A stretch of DNA of 64,000 nt from an uncultured Gammaproteobacteria bacterium (GTDB lineage Bacteria > Patescibacteriota > Microgenomatia > UBA10105 > UBA927): assembly GCA_964385705.1 (NCBI GenBank), contig CAYLQG010000001.1:831-64830 (forward strand), given 5' to 3'. The first letter of the stretch is position 1. Every line of letters begins with the position of its first letter. A model generated the notes under the pieces. The model was not told the DNA's origin, ran no database searches, and was given only the letters and a program-made list of their open reading frames with translations. Both the position numbers and the translations under genes were made by a program. Shown piece after piece: positions 1 through 9,720 of this stretch.

Positions 1-224
1 ACAACTTCATTGACACACAGGCATGTAGCCCAATGATACCCTTCTACTGTTTTAAACGAAGCAGTGCCCCCTGATTTATCGATGAGCATGTTCGCCTGTT
101 CTTCAATTGCGCTAAGGCTTACACCCGGTTGGGCGAATTGCAATAACGTGACAAGAATTGAGCCTAATTTCGCTCCTCCTTCGCGCATTACGGCGATCTC
201 CTCACCTGTTTTTCTGTGAATCAT
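1..224 (-). CDS. map: Methionine aminopeptidase type I (5' part, runs off the window)
   Basis: Read manually from the minus strand: MIHRKTGEEIAVMREGG...GYHWATCLCVNEVV. ATG at 224 overlaps the upstream stop (ATGA). Canonical secY-adk-map position. Confidence 0.9.
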   Translation of the reverse strand, partial: MIHRKTGEEIAVMREGGAKLGSILVTLLQFAQPGVSLSAIEEQANMLIDKSGGTASFKTVEGYHWATCLCVNEV

Positions 225-775
225 AGGAATTTGTTATAGAAATCGGAAAGTTTTTGATTAAATGACCCAACGTCATCGTCGTTCACAATAAGGTAGTCAG
301 CGATAGCAATTGGACCGCCCTTATGTAAGTTTTCTATCTCTGCATAATCACGGGTACGTGCCTCGGATCCCGTAAGCGGACGCACTTTTCTGTCTTTAAG
401 CCTACGGTAACGGACATCGGGAGCTGCGTAAATACATAGCAGGGTAAGTGACGGAAATTTTTTTTTGAGATATATATACTCTTCCCAACTGTATAACCCG
501 TCAAGAACAACAAATGAATTATCTTTCCGAGTGTCAATGATTCTTGGTTCAATCTTTATGGCCATTGCCGCCATTCCGAGCTCTGCGCGCAACTTTTCCC
601 TATACATCCGTTCATTTTCTTCGTTAATCGGAAGATTCGCTTCTTTTAATCCGATATCCGTCTGATCGCCGAAACGGAGAATGGCTGCTTTTTTTGACCG
701 GAAGTAGTTGGCGGCAACGCTTTTGCCTGATCCCGGCATACCGACGATAGCGAGAAGCTTAAGTTGGCTATCCAT
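221..775 (-). CDS. P-loop kinase, dephospho-CoA kinase-like (archaeal UPF0200-like)
   Basis: Likely start MDSQLKLLAIVGMPGSGKS (Walker A). VVLDG, RYRRL..R and AIADYLIVN resemble the UPF0200/CoaE-like family. Confidence 0.75.
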   Translation of the reverse strand: MDSQLKLLAIVGMPGSGKSVAANYFRSKKAAILRFGDQTDIGLKEANLPINEENERMYREKLRAELGMAAMAIKIEPRIIDTRKDNSFVVLDGLYSWEEYIYLKKKFPSLTLLCIYAAPDVRYRRLKDRKVRPLTGSEARTRDYAEIENLHKGGPIAIADYLIVNDDDVGSFNQKLSDFYNKFL

Positions 776-1346
776 GAACTTGATTAAGAATAAGTGCGTG
801 CACCTCTTCAACTGATTTTTCTGCGCTGATTTCGCGAAGAACTCCCCGATCACGATAATAGGCAAGAAGATCTTGTTGTCCGGTTTTATACACCGCAAGG
901 CGTTTTTTTATCCGCTCAGGTGAATCATGAAGCTCGGTTGACCCCGGGTGGAGAGGACGGGCTCTCTTTACAAGCCGCTTGATTGACTCTTCTTCACTGA
1001 TATTGAGATAGATCACCGCATCTATTTTCTGACCGAACGAAGAGAGAACGTTTTCCAGAAATTTAACCTGTTCGATATTCCGGGGGAATCCATCCATGAT
1101 CCAGTCGCTTTTAACGCCTTTTTCATCCAACCGGTTCTTCCACAGTTCATACATCTGTGTATCGTTCACATATTGCCCGTCCGAGAGCGCTTTCCTACAG
1201 ACGTCGCCGAGCGGACTTTTATCGTTGGTTGCGGCATCGCGGACTAAATCTCCTGATGTAAGAATAGGGATATGAAGCGCTTCGCTTAACAATGTTGCCT
1301 GAGTTCCTTTTCCTGACCCTTCGGGCCCGTACATGAGTATGTGCAT
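768..1346 (-). CDS. adk: Adenylate kinase (short-LID type)
   Basis: GPEGSGKGTQ, SGDLVR and DGFPR motifs; follows secY. Confidence 0.95.
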   Translation of the reverse strand: MHILMYGPEGSGKGTQATLLSEALHIPILTSGDLVRDAATNDKSPLGDVCRKALSDGQYVNDTQMYELWKNRLDEKGVKSDWIMDGFPRNIEQVKFLENVLSSFGQKIDAVIYLNISEEESIKRLVKRARPLHPGSTELHDSPERIKKRLAVYKTGQQDLLAYYRDRGVLREISAEKSVEEVHALILNQVHG

Positions 1347-1347
1347 A

Positions 1348-2637
1348 TTATTCCTTTAAAAACCCTTCGTAATTGCGCATGACAAGCTGTGCCTCAAGCG
1401 CTTTTACCGTTTCAAGAACGACGGAAACGACGATAAGAACACCGGTTCCTCCGATCAGTAACGTCGAAACACCCGTAATTTGTTTGGCAATCGCGGGAAG
1501 TATTGCAATGAGTCCTAAGAACAGTGCTCCGGCGAGCGTTATCCGTGTCAGAATGTAATTAAGATACTGCGCCGTCGGCGTCCCCGGCCGGATTCCCGGA
1601 ATAAACCCGCCGTACTTCTGAATCTCCTGGGAGATCTTCGTCGGATTAAAGGTAATCGCAGTATAAAAATAGGTAAACCCTATGACTAGGAAGAAATAAA
1701 TTACATTGTATGAAATTCCGTTGGGATTAAATATGTTTGTTAATATATGGCCAAACCCGGCAAGTCCAGGATTCTTCACCTGCTGTAAAAATCCTCCGAC
1801 CAACGACGGTAATAAAACTAGTGAAACGGCAAATATAATGGGGATGACGCCTGCCTGATTCACCCGTAATGGGAGGTAAGAGGTCGCACCTCCATACACT
1901 TTGTTCCCGCGAATGCGACGGGCATAGTGCACAGTAATCCTCCTGACTGCTTCATTCACATAAACGGTTGCGGCGATGACGGCAATCGCTAATACGAGAA
2001 ATACAACGAGGTTGGTCAAATATTCGCTTGTGAGCGTTGTTGCTGTTTGACCGAAGGCAACCGGGAGTCTACCCACAATTCCTGCAAATATGAGAAGTGA
2101 TATACCGTTTCCGATGCCGTATTCTGTGATAAGTTCACCGAGCCACATAGCAAACAGGGTGCCTGCTGTCATCGTGACGACAATAGCGATAAGTGCAAAC
2201 GGATCAACTGCACCGATAATCCCCTGGTTTTTAAGAAGGGCAAACATGCCGATAGATTGGACAACAGCAAGAGGAACGGTGATAAGCCGGGTATATTGAT
2301 TAATTTTTTCCCGTCCGTATTCCCCTTCTTTCTGCAGTTCCTCAAGTGCCGGAAACACAATTTGGAGAAGTTGCAGGATGATAGATGCGTTGATGTATGG
2401 ATTTAGTCCTAACGCAAGCACTGAAAAGTTTACAAGTGTACCGCCTGAAAATATATCAAGAAGTCCTAAAAATTGATTTTGTGAAAACAAAGCGGCTAAT
2501 TTTTTCGTATCGACACTTGGGATCGGAATATGTGCAAACAGTCGAAACACTACAAACAGAAGTGCCGTTATGATAATTTTCCGTCGAAGATCCGGCGATT
2601 TCCAACTCGCAATGAGCGGAGCAAGTAGCTTGTTCAT
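1348..2637 (-). CDS. secY: Preprotein translocase SecY
   Basis: [33 protein letters not shown] and IPGIRPG motifs. Confidence 0.99.
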   Translation of the reverse strand: MNKLLAPLIASWKSPDLRRKIIITALLFVVFRLFAHIPIPSVDTKKLAALFSQNQFLGLLDIFSGGTLVNFSVLALGLNPYINASIILQLLQIVFPALEELQKEGEYGREKINQYTRLITVPLAVVQSIGMFALLKNQGIIGAVDPFALIAIVVTMTAGTLFAMWLGELITEYGIGNGISLLIFAGIVGRLPVAFGQTATTLTSEYLTNLVVFLVLAIAVIAATVYVNEAVRRITVHYARRIRGNKVYGGATSYLPLRVNQAGVIPIIFAVSLVLLPSLVGGFLQQVKNPGLAGFGHILTNIFNPNGISYNVIYFFLVIGFTYFYTAITFNPTKISQEIQKYGGFIPGIRPGTPTAQYLNYILTRITLAGALFLGLIAILPAIAKQITGVSTLLIGGTGVLIVVSVVLETVKALEAQLVMRNYEGFLKE

Positions 2638-2650
2638 GAATGTGTCGTCT

Positions 2651-3082
2651 TCAGGCTTCTATCGTGCCGCCCGCTTTTTCAATAGTTGTGCGAGCGTGCT
2701 TCGAACAGGGTAATGCAATGGTAAGAGCATGATCAAGTTTTCCGTCTCCCAATATTTTTACCCTTGAAACCCGCTCATCAATAATATGATATTTTATAAG
2801 AGTTGCCAATGTAACCTTTGTTTTTGCTGGAATGACATTCAGACTGCCGACAGCAACCGGCTGCGCTTTTGCTTGAAGTGTCGTATTTTTCCCTTTACCC
2901 CGAAGAAGCGGCAAACGTTTGATGAGCGCCAGTTGTCCGCCTTCAAAACCAATCGGCATACTGTCGCGAGCATTTTGCCCTTTCGTCCCACGACCTGATG
3001 TTTTCACTTTGCCGGATCCGTGACCTCGACCGACCCGTTTTTTGGATCGTGCCACAATAGCTTGTAGTTCATGTATATTCAT
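2651..3082 (-). CDS. rplO: 50S ribosomal protein L15
   Basis: [21 protein letters not shown]. Confidence 0.98.
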   Translation of the reverse strand: MNIHELQAIVARSKKRVGRGHGSGKVKTSGRGTKGQNARDSMPIGFEGGQLALIKRLPLLRGKGKNTTLQAKAQPVAVGSLNVIPAKTKVTLATLIKYHIIDERVSRVKILGDGKLDHALTIALPCSKHARTTIEKAGGTIEA

Positions 3083-3086
3083 ACGT

Positions 3087-3557
3087 TTATTTTTTATGAA
3101 TTAACCGCAGTTGTCCGAGCGCTTCAATCGTCGCATAGACATTTGACGCCTGATTTTTACTGCCTAATATTTTTGAAACGATATCACGGATTCCTGCCGC
3201 TTCAACGACTGCCCGGATTGCGCCTCCTGCGATAACTCCTGTTCCAGGAGGAGCCGGCTTTAACATCACCCGTGCGGCTCCGCGTTTCACGCGAACTTCA
3301 TGGGGGATCGTTTTGTCCCGCATCGCGACCGTAATAAGATGTTTTTTCGCATAGGAGACCGCCTTCCTAACGGCTGATGATACATCGGGCGCACCGCCTA
3401 GACCAACGCCGACCCGTCCTTTTTTATCACCGACGACCGCAAGTACGGAGAAGCCGATTTTATTGCCGCCTTTGGTTTTTTTCGACACACGGTTAACCTG
3501 GACAATTTTTTCCTCAAACTCGCTCGGAGCCCGCTCTGACTTTTGTTGAAATCTCAT
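3087..3557 (-). CDS. rpsE: 30S ribosomal protein S5
   Basis: VNRVSKKTKGG, PAPPGTGVIAGG. No rpmD between rpsE and rplO. Confidence 0.98.
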   Translation of the reverse strand: MRFQQKSERAPSEFEEKIVQVNRVSKKTKGGNKIGFSVLAVVGDKKGRVGVGLGGAPDVSSAVRKAVSYAKKHLITVAMRDKTIPHEVRVKRGAARVMLKPAPPGTGVIAGGAIRAVVEAAGIRDIVSKILGSKNQASNVYATIEALGQLRLIHKK

Positions 3558-3889
3558 ACAGTGATTCCTCCTTCACGCACTGCATCAGCAAGTGCTTTTA
3601 TTGCGCCATGATATCGATAGCCATTACGGTCAAAAACGAGCTTCGTAATTCCTTTTTTCTTGGCAATTGCGGCAATTGCGGCGCCCAACACTTTTGCTTT
3701 TGCGACAGTCGTCCCTACCTCTTCCGCAGAACACAGGGTTGTTCCTTTTTCATCATCAACGAGTTGAACGTACATGACTAAATTGGAACGGAACACAGAC
3801 AGGCGCGGCCTTTCAGCCGTTCCTGATACTCGTGCGCGTATACGTACCTTCCGACGAAACCGTCGTTCTAAATTTGAATCTTTAGCCAT
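3554..3889 (-). CDS. rplR: 50S ribosomal protein L18
   Basis: RPRLSVFRSN, VFDRNGYRYHG. Confidence 0.98.
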   Translation of the reverse strand: MAKDSNLERRFRRKVRIRARVSGTAERPRLSVFRSNLVMYVQLVDDEKGTTLCSAEEVGTTVAKAKVLGAAIAAIAKKKGITKLVFDRNGYRYHGAIKALADAVREGGITV

Positions 3890-4452
3890 TATTTAGCTCC
3901 TCCCGGTGCTCCGCCGACAGCTTTCGCTTTACCGGCTTTCTTTCTAATATATTCTCCCTCATATTTTATACCTTTCCCTTTATATGGTTCAGGTTTCTTA
4001 ATTTCGCGAATAGACGCCGCCGTTTGGCCGACAGCCTGTTTATCAATACCGGCTACAATAATTTTTCCTTCTGTAACTGAAAAACTAATACCGGCGGGCG
4101 GAGCAACCGTCACGGGATGGGAAAATCCGACCGTCAGAACGACGCTCGTTCCGCTTAATGCTGCCCGATAGCCAACACCTGAAAGTTCAAGTGTTTTCGT
4201 CCACCCTTTGGTGACTCCAACAACGCCGTTAGCAAGTACTGCGCGAAGATATCCGTGAAGCGCCTGACGGGCTTTATCTCCGCCACCGGCAATTTTCACT
4301 TCGACTACCGCGCCTTCATTATGAACGGAAAGTCCATTCGGAACCGCATATCGTAGCTCCCCTTTTGGACCTTTTACCACTACTTCCGCGCCGTCAAGTG
4401 TAACGGTTACTTCTTTCGGTATAGTGATAAGTGCTTTACCTATTCGTGACAT
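3889..4452 (-). CDS. rplF: 50S ribosomal protein L6
   Basis: Start trimmed to MSRIGK; PEPYKGKGIKY. Confidence 0.98.
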   Translation of the reverse strand: MSRIGKALITIPKEVTVTLDGAEVVVKGPKGELRYAVPNGLSVHNEGAVVEVKIAGGGDKARQALHGYLRAVLANGVVGVTKGWTKTLELSGVGYRAALSGTSVVLTVGFSHPVTVAPPAGISFSVTEGKIIVAGIDKQAVGQTAASIREIKKPEPYKGKGIKYEGEYIRKKAGKAKAVGGAPGGAK

Positions 4453-4459
4453 AGTTTGT

Positions 4460-4852
4460 TTACCAAATGGTTGCCAATAATTCTCCGCCGATACCTTTTT
4501 TCCGTGCAACAGTTCCGGTCATAATCCCCTGCGGAGTGGAAAGAATAGCAATCCCCATACCTCCGACAACCGTCGGGATCATGTGTTTATTTACGTAAAG
4601 GCGAAGACCTGGTTTACTCACCCGTTTCACTCCAGTGATAACCGATGACGAACCGTTATATCGAAGTGCGATTTTAATCATGCTCTTCGGGTCAGTGCCT
4701 ATCTTTTGCACGTCTCCGATATATCCCTCTTGGGATAATATTTTTGCAACTTCAAGTTTCAGTCTTGAATGCGGCACCTCAACAGACTGCCGCCCTGCAA
4801 GTGATGCATTTTTTATCTGTATTAATAAATCACCTATTGGATCATTTACCAT
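4460..4852 (-). CDS. rpsH: 30S ribosomal protein S8
   Basis: DPIGDLL, RVSKPGLRLY, STPQG. Confidence 0.98.
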   Translation of the reverse strand: MVNDPIGDLLIQIKNASLAGRQSVEVPHSRLKLEVAKILSQEGYIGDVQKIGTDPKSMIKIALRYNGSSSVITGVKRVSKPGLRLYVNKHMIPTVVGGMGIAILSTPQGIMTGTVARKKGIGGELLATIW

Positions 4853-4861
4853 ATATCTCCT

Positions 4862-5047
4862 TTACCAAGACGCTTTAATAACTCCCGGCAATTCGCCTTT
4901 ATGAGCCAGTTTTCGGAAACACAATCTGCAAATACCGAATTTTCTCATATATGCACGTGACCTTCCGCACAGGGAACACCGGTTCCGGTGGCGGACCTGA
5001 TATTTTTGCTTTTTTTCGAATTTAACTATATCTGATGTCTTTGCCAT
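4862..5047 (-). CDS. rpsN: 30S ribosomal protein S14, Zn-binding type Z
   Basis: 61 aa with CSLC...CRLC and [11 protein letters not shown]. Confidence 0.98.
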   Translation of the reverse strand: MAKTSDIVKFEKKQKYQVRHRNRCSLCGRSRAYMRKFGICRLCFRKLAHKGELPGVIKASW

Positions 5048-5049
5048 AA

Positions 5050-5592
5050 TTACTCCTTTACAAAAGGCATACCCAAAAGCTGGAGCAGAATCCTGCCCAT
5101 CTCGTCGGTCTTTGCCGTTGTAACAAAACTAATCTCAAACCCCCGGACTTTATCAACCATATTATATTCAAGTTCCGGAAATATCGTGTGTTCTTTAATA
5201 CCCAGTGTATAATTCCCTCTCCCGTCAAATCCCTTAAGCGGTACCCCGCGAAAATCACGGACACGCGGAAGACCGATGGCGATAAGTTTTTGCAAAAAAT
5301 CATACATGCGTTTACCACGGATCGTCACCCGAAGTCCGACCGCATCGCCTGCACGAAGCTTAAATGTGGAGATAGCGCGCTTTGCAGTTTTTACTTCCGG
5401 TTTTTGACCTGTTATGACAGCGAGTTGTGCCGACATCTTTTCCATCACTTTTTTGTCCGTGAGCGCTTCTCCCATGCCGCAGTTGACGACTATTTTGACA
5501 AGCTTCGGAACGGCCATCGTATTTTTGACGCCGTGTTTGCTTTTAAATGCCGGTATTATCTCTTTGATATATTTTTCCTGTAATTCGTTCAT
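5050..5592 (-). CDS. rplE: 50S ribosomal protein L5
   Basis: [23 protein letters not shown]. Confidence 0.98.
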   Translation of the reverse strand: MNELQEKYIKEIIPAFKSKHGVKNTMAVPKLVKIVVNCGMGEALTDKKVMEKMSAQLAVITGQKPEVKTAKRAISTFKLRAGDAVGLRVTIRGKRMYDFLQKLIAIGLPRVRDFRGVPLKGFDGRGNYTLGIKEHTIFPELEYNMVDKVRGFEISFVTTAKTDEMGRILLQLLGMPFVKE

Positions 5593-5595
5593 AGG

Positions 5596-5901
5596 TTAAA
5601 TCCTTTGCTCACATTTCTTACAAATCCGCTCTTTCTCACCTTTGGTAACAACATACCCGACGCGAGTGGGCTTGCCGCATTTCGGACAAAGCAATGCGAC
5701 TTTCCCCATATCAAGAGCTCTCGCGTATTCAACGATACCACCCTGATGCTGCTCATCGCGCTTTTTCTCATGTCGTTTATACATATTGACCCCGGCAACG
5801 ATAATGGTATTGTGTTTCAAATCCACAACATCAACTTTGCCTTTTCGGCCTTTATCTTTGCCTGATGTCACAAGTATTTGATCTCCTTTTTTCAGTTTCA
5901 T
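5596..5901 (-). CDS. rplX: 50S ribosomal protein L24
   Basis: Start trimmed to MKLKKGDQ; KOW motif SGKDKG; CPKC...CKKC Zn-ribbon-type C-terminus. Confidence 0.97.
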   Translation of the reverse strand: MKLKKGDQILVTSGKDKGRKGKVDVVDLKHNTIIVAGVNMYKRHEKKRDEQHQGGIVEYARALDMGKVALLCPKCGKPTRVGYVVTKGEKERICKKCEQRI

Positions 5902-5905
5902 AGTA

Positions 5906-6280
5906 TTAATAAACTTCCTGCGCCATGCTGGCGATTTTATCAAATCCCTTTTCTTTGAGTTCGCGTGCAACCGGTCCAAATACCCGAGTTCCGCGCGGAT
6001 TCTTATCAACTGCGTTATCGATCACTACACCCGCATTGTCATCAAAACGGATATAAGACCCGTCACTACGCCTATACTCTTTATGTGTTCTGATGATAAC
6101 GACTTTCACGAGTTCGTCATCTTTCACGATTCCGTTCGGGTCGGCTTTTTTCACAACACACTGGACAACGTCTCCGAGTGACGCGAAATCCCGCCTGGAC
6201 GAACCATAGATATGGGTAATCGTCATCACCTGTGCGCCCGAATTATCTGCTACTACTAATGATGTCCTTCGTTGTACCAT
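5906..6280 (-). CDS. rplN: 50S ribosomal protein L14
   Basis: VADNSGA, IRFDDNA, GTRVFGPVAREL. Confidence 0.98.
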   Translation of the reverse strand: MVQRRTSLVVADNSGAQVMTITHIYGSSRRDFASLGDVVQCVVKKADPNGIVKDDELVKVVIIRTHKEYRRSDGSYIRFDDNAGVVIDNAVDKNPRGTRVFGPVARELKEKGFDKIASMAQEVY

Positions 6281-6282
6281 AA

Positions 6283-6552
6283 TTAACTCACCTTATTTAA
6301 AACAATAAAATGCTTCGATCTGCTTATCGGTTTCGTTTCTCCAATGCGGACCGTATCACCAACGGCAAGCGTCAGAGACTCGTTATGTGCCATAAACCGT
6401 TTCGTTTTACGGACCAATTTTTTATATAGCGGGTGGCGGTAAGTTGATATAACAGCAACAACCACAGTTTTTATTGTTTTAACCGATACAACTTCTCCGG
6501 TAAATATTTTCCCGTTTGCACCCATAGTTATTGTCGTATTTTGGTTATTCAT
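6283..6552 (-). CDS. rpsQ: 30S ribosomal protein S17
   Basis: HPLYKK, GDTVRIGETKPISRSK. Confidence 0.97.
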   Translation of the reverse strand: MNNQNTTITMGANGKIFTGEVVSVKTIKTVVVAVISTYRHPLYKKLVRKTKRFMAHNESLTLAVGDTVRIGETKPISRSKHFIVLNKVS

Positions 6553-6751
6553 GGTTAAACTCCTTCATGCGTTTCGCGGTCATGACTACAGCGAGCTTAC
6601 TTCGAAGCGCGCGTCCTTCATGGACATTTTTAGACTGCTTACTATATCTGTTTATCATAAAAGCTGCAAGTTTTGACTGTGATTCCGTAATCACTTTATC
6701 AAGTTCAGCGACAGTCATTGATCGAAATGATGTTTTCTCTTTCTTTTTCAT
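6545..6751 (-). CDS. rpmC: 50S ribosomal protein L29 (divergent)
   Basis: 68 aa basic helical protein between rplP and rpsQ. Confidence 0.85.
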   Translation of the reverse strand: MKKKEKTSFRSMTVAELDKVITESQSKLAAFMINRYSKQSKNVHEGRALRSKLAVVMTAKRMKEFNHE

Positions 6752-7158
6752 AGGTCTTTAACGATAAACCGTGTCTGTATTGGTAGTTTTGCACTGGCAA
6801 GCCTGAGAGATGCTTTTGCATCTTCAAGGGAAATTCCGCCCATTTCAAAAAGGATGCGTCCAGGGCGAACGACTGCAACATATTCATAAACATCCCCTTT
6901 TCCGCTTCCCATACGCGTTTCCGGCGGTTTTTTCGTAATCGGTTTATCCGGAAAAATTCTGATCCAGACGCGACCGCCCCGTTTTGTATAATGAGTCAGA
7001 GCACGGCGCGCGGCTTCAATCTGCCTACTCGTTACCCAACCTTCGGTCAGCGCTTTAAGACCGTATTCGCCGAAATTAATTTGTGAACCGCGGATAGAGA
7101 TACCCGTCCGGCTTCCTCTGAACATTTTTCTGTGTTTTGCTCGTTTTGGTGCTAACAT
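6748..7158 (-). CDS. rplP: 50S ribosomal protein L16
   Basis: [24 protein letters not shown]. Confidence 0.98.
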   Translation of the reverse strand: MLAPKRAKHRKMFRGSRTGISIRGSQINFGEYGLKALTEGWVTSRQIEAARRALTHYTKRGGRVWIRIFPDKPITKKPPETRMGSGKGDVYEYVAVVRPGRILFEMGGISLEDAKASLRLASAKLPIQTRFIVKDL

Positions 7159-7160
7159 AC

Positions 7161-7218
7161 TTTAGTTATTGGTTCATTGTTCATAGTTCATGGTTTTCTA
7201 TGAACCATGAACGATTGA
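7161..7218. repeat. Heptamer-periodic palindromic intergenic element (GTTCATN)n
   Basis: GTTCATT GTTCATA GTTCATG; hairpin GTTCATGGTT (7186-7195) with AACCATGAAC (7203-7212). Confidence 0.7.
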
Positions 7219-7902
7219 CTATGAACTCTTCCTGCATATCCAAACTTTAATTCCTACATAACCTGATTTCGTAAGTGCCGGAAATATAGCAAAATCAACT
7301 TCCTCCCGGATCGTCGACAACGGGACCGTGCCGGCCTGATATTTTTCCCGTCGTGCAATTTCAGCGCCTCCGATACGTCCTGATAAGATAATCCGGACTC
7401 CTTTGGCTCCCGCCGACATAACTCGCTCGATCGTCTGATTACAGATACGTTTGTGAGGCATACGTTTCATCATCTGATCGGAAATATTCTGAGCAACGAG
7501 ATATGCGTTCAGGTTCGGTTCTTTTACCGGTTCGACTGCAAGCTCAACCTTCACTCGGGATGCATCTTTAAGACTCCGCTTTTCCTCATAGGGATTTGTA
7601 GGATTTTGATGCAGCGAGAGAAATTTTTCAATAAATTTCTTAAGCTCCTCAAGACCGCTTCCGCCGCGACCGATGACGACACCGGGCCGGGAAACAAATA
7701 ATGTCACTTTCATCTTGTTGATTGACCGTTCAATAATGACCTGCGCCAAACCGGCGGGTTTAAGTCTGGCCTGGAGCACTTCACGGAGCTTCGCATCTTC
7801 ATATACGAATTCTTTATACCGTCTTTTATCGGCAAACCAACGGGAGCCCCATGTAAAAACGGTGCCTATGCGAAACCCTTTTGGATTAATTTTTTGTCCC
7901 AT
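7219..7902 (-). CDS. rpsC: 30S ribosomal protein S3
   Basis: MGQKINPKGFR, RPGVVIGRGG, SGRIGGAEIAR; short insertion after the KH helix. Confidence 0.98.
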   Translation of the reverse strand: MGQKINPKGFRIGTVFTWGSRWFADKRRYKEFVYEDAKLREVLQARLKPAGLAQVIIERSINKMKVTLFVSRPGVVIGRGGSGLEELKKFIEKFLSLHQNPTNPYEEKRSLKDASRVKVELAVEPVKEPNLNAYLVAQNISDQMMKRMPHKRICNQTIERVMSAGAKGVRIILSGRIGGAEIARREKYQAGTVPLSTIREEVDFAIFPALTKSGYVGIKVWICRKSS

Positions 7903-7904
7903 GA

Positions 7905-8249
7905 TTACTCCTTTTTCCCGCCTTCATCTGTTAATACAACGCAAACGTGTGTCATACGCTTCTTATATGCATGTGCCTGTCCGCGCGATACTGCATGAAA
8001 TCGTTTCATCACCGGTCCGCCCATGACTTCTATCCGCTTAAATCTCAAATCGCTCCCCTTTACCTGTTTTTGAAGCGCGTTGGCAACCGCCGAAGCAACA
8101 ACTTTGCTCATCGGAAGTGCAGCGCTTTTTGGCATATGGTCGAGCTGAATGAGTGCATCCTGAGGATGTAGGGATCGTATTGCATCAGCGACAAGCCGCA
8201 ATTTGCGGGTGCTGGTTCTTATGTATTTTGATGTTGCCTGGTATTCCAT
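7905..8249 (-). CDS. rplV: 50S ribosomal protein L22
   Basis: RKLRLVADAIR, SAVANA, KRMTHV. Confidence 0.97.
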   Translation of the reverse strand: MEYQATSKYIRTSTRKLRLVADAIRSLHPQDALIQLDHMPKSAALPMSKVVASAVANALQKQVKGSDLRFKRIEVMGGPVMKRFHAVSRGQAHAYKKRMTHVCVVLTDEGGKKE

Positions 8250-8250
8250 A

Positions 8251-8317
8251 ATTTAGTTCATTGTTCAAAGTTCATTGTTCAAAGTTTAAAAACCATGAAC
8301 TATGAACCAATAACTCA
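8251..8317. repeat. Second heptamer-periodic element, related in inverted orientation to 7161-7218
   Basis: GTTCATT GTTCAAA GTTCATT GTTCAAA, then AACCATGAACTATGAACCAATAACT. Confidence 0.7.
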
Positions 8318-8602
8318 CTACGTTTTATCCATCGTTCTCTTTGTAACCTGACCATGACCGTGGAACGTCCGCGTCGGTGCAAACTCTCCCAATCGGTGCC
8401 CAACCATAGCTTCTGAGACGTATACTTCCAAAAATACGTGACCATTGTGCACCGCAAATCTATGACCCACAAATTCCGGAGGAATCTGACAGGCGCGCGA
8501 CCACGTTTTAATCGGCGTTTTTTCTCCACCAGCTTTTTGTTTATTTACTTTTACTATTAATTTAGGATCTATATACGGTCCTTTTTTGCTGCTACGTGCC
8601 AT
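8318..8602 (-). CDS. rpsS: 30S ribosomal protein S19
   Basis: [26 protein letters not shown]. Confidence 0.98.
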   Translation of the reverse strand: MARSSKKGPYIDPKLIVKVNKQKAGGEKTPIKTWSRACQIPPEFVGHRFAVHNGHVFLEVYVSEAMVGHRLGEFAPTRTFHGHGQVTKRTMDKT

Positions 8603-8621
8603 AGTTCGTTATTGATTCAAT

Positions 8622-9386
8622 TTACTTTGAACCACCCTTTCTATGTTGAACGATAAACCGGTCACTGTATTTTACGAGTTTACGTGTTTTCTTACCCAAT
8701 GTATGCTTCCCCCATGGACTCTTGGGTGAGCTCATGCCGATACCGCTTCTTCCTTCTCCGCCACCATGCGGGTGACTTCTCGGATTTTGTGCAACTCCCC
8801 GTACTTCCGGTCGTCTCCCCATATGCCGGCTGCGGCCTGCGGTACCGATGACTTCATTTCGGTGTTCGACATTGCCGACCTGTCCGACGGTCGCTTTACA
8901 ATCCGCGTTAAATACCCGTATTTCCCCTGAAGGGAGTTTTAATTGTACCAGATCGCCGTCCCTGGCGAGTACTGTCGCTACAGTTCCTGCACTCCTCATC
9001 ATCTGTGCGCCACGGCCCGGTTTGATTTCAACGTTGTGAATGAGCGTTCCGACCGGCATTAATCCGATTTTCAGTGCATTCCCGCTTTTAATATCTGCTG
9101 TATCTCCTGAGATCACTTTTTGTCCGACCGCAAGCCCTACCGGAGCCAAAATATAGCGCTTTTCCCCGTCTGAATACTGGAGTAGTGCGAGATCTGCCGT
9201 CCTGTTCGGATCATAGACGATCGCAATAACCGTAGCGCTAATTCCGTCCTTTTCTCTCATCCAGTCAATCTTCCGGTAAAACCGCTTCTCACGGCCTCCC
9301 TGATGGCGGATTGAGACATGACCCATGACATCACGGCCTGATTTCTTTGACAATATAACGGTTAAACTTTTTACACGTGTTTCCAT
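8622..9386 (-). CDS. rplB: 50S ribosomal protein L2 (short N-terminus)
   Basis: YDPNRTA, LPSGE, HPHGGGEGR. Confidence 0.98.
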   Translation of the reverse strand: METRVKSLTVILSKKSGRDVMGHVSIRHQGGREKRFYRKIDWMREKDGISATVIAIVYDPNRTADLALLQYSDGEKRYILAPVGLAVGQKVISGDTADIKSGNALKIGLMPVGTLIHNVEIKPGRGAQMMRSAGTVATVLARDGDLVQLKLPSGEIRVFNADCKATVGQVGNVEHRNEVIGTAGRSRHMGRRPEVRGVAQNPRSHPHGGGEGRSGIGMSSPKSPWGKHTLGKKTRKLVKYSDRFIVQHRKGGSK

Positions 9387-9388
9387 AG

Positions 9389-9718
9389 TTATTTAGCGGT
9401 CGGCGCAGGCGATTTTCCCGGAGTGGCTGCCTGTTCCGTCACTTCAAATGCATCAATTTTATCGCCCTTTTTCAAATGTACAATTGCTTTTTTCCAATCT
9501 GCTTTTTTCACATATTTCTGCATGCGGCCGACTCTGCGCATCTTGCCGTGCATATGAACAGTGCGGACTTCTGTCACCGTTACGGAATAAAACTTCGCAA
9601 TCACTTTTGCGATATCTTCTTTTTCCGCCTGTTCGGTAACCATGAACGTATACCAACCCGTTGAGGCGAGTGTCAGTGATTTTTCCGTAATTAATGGTCG
9701 TTTGACAATTGTGTTCAT
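9389..9718 (-). CDS. rplW: 50S ribosomal protein L23
   Basis: RPLITEKS, WKKAIVHL. Confidence 0.97.
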   Translation of the reverse strand: MNTIVKRPLITEKSLTLASTGWYTFMVTEQAEKEDIAKVIAKFYSVTVTEVRTVHMHGKMRRVGRMQKYVKKADWKKAIVHLKKGDKIDAFEVTEQAATPGKSPAPTAK

Positions 9719-9720
9719 AG

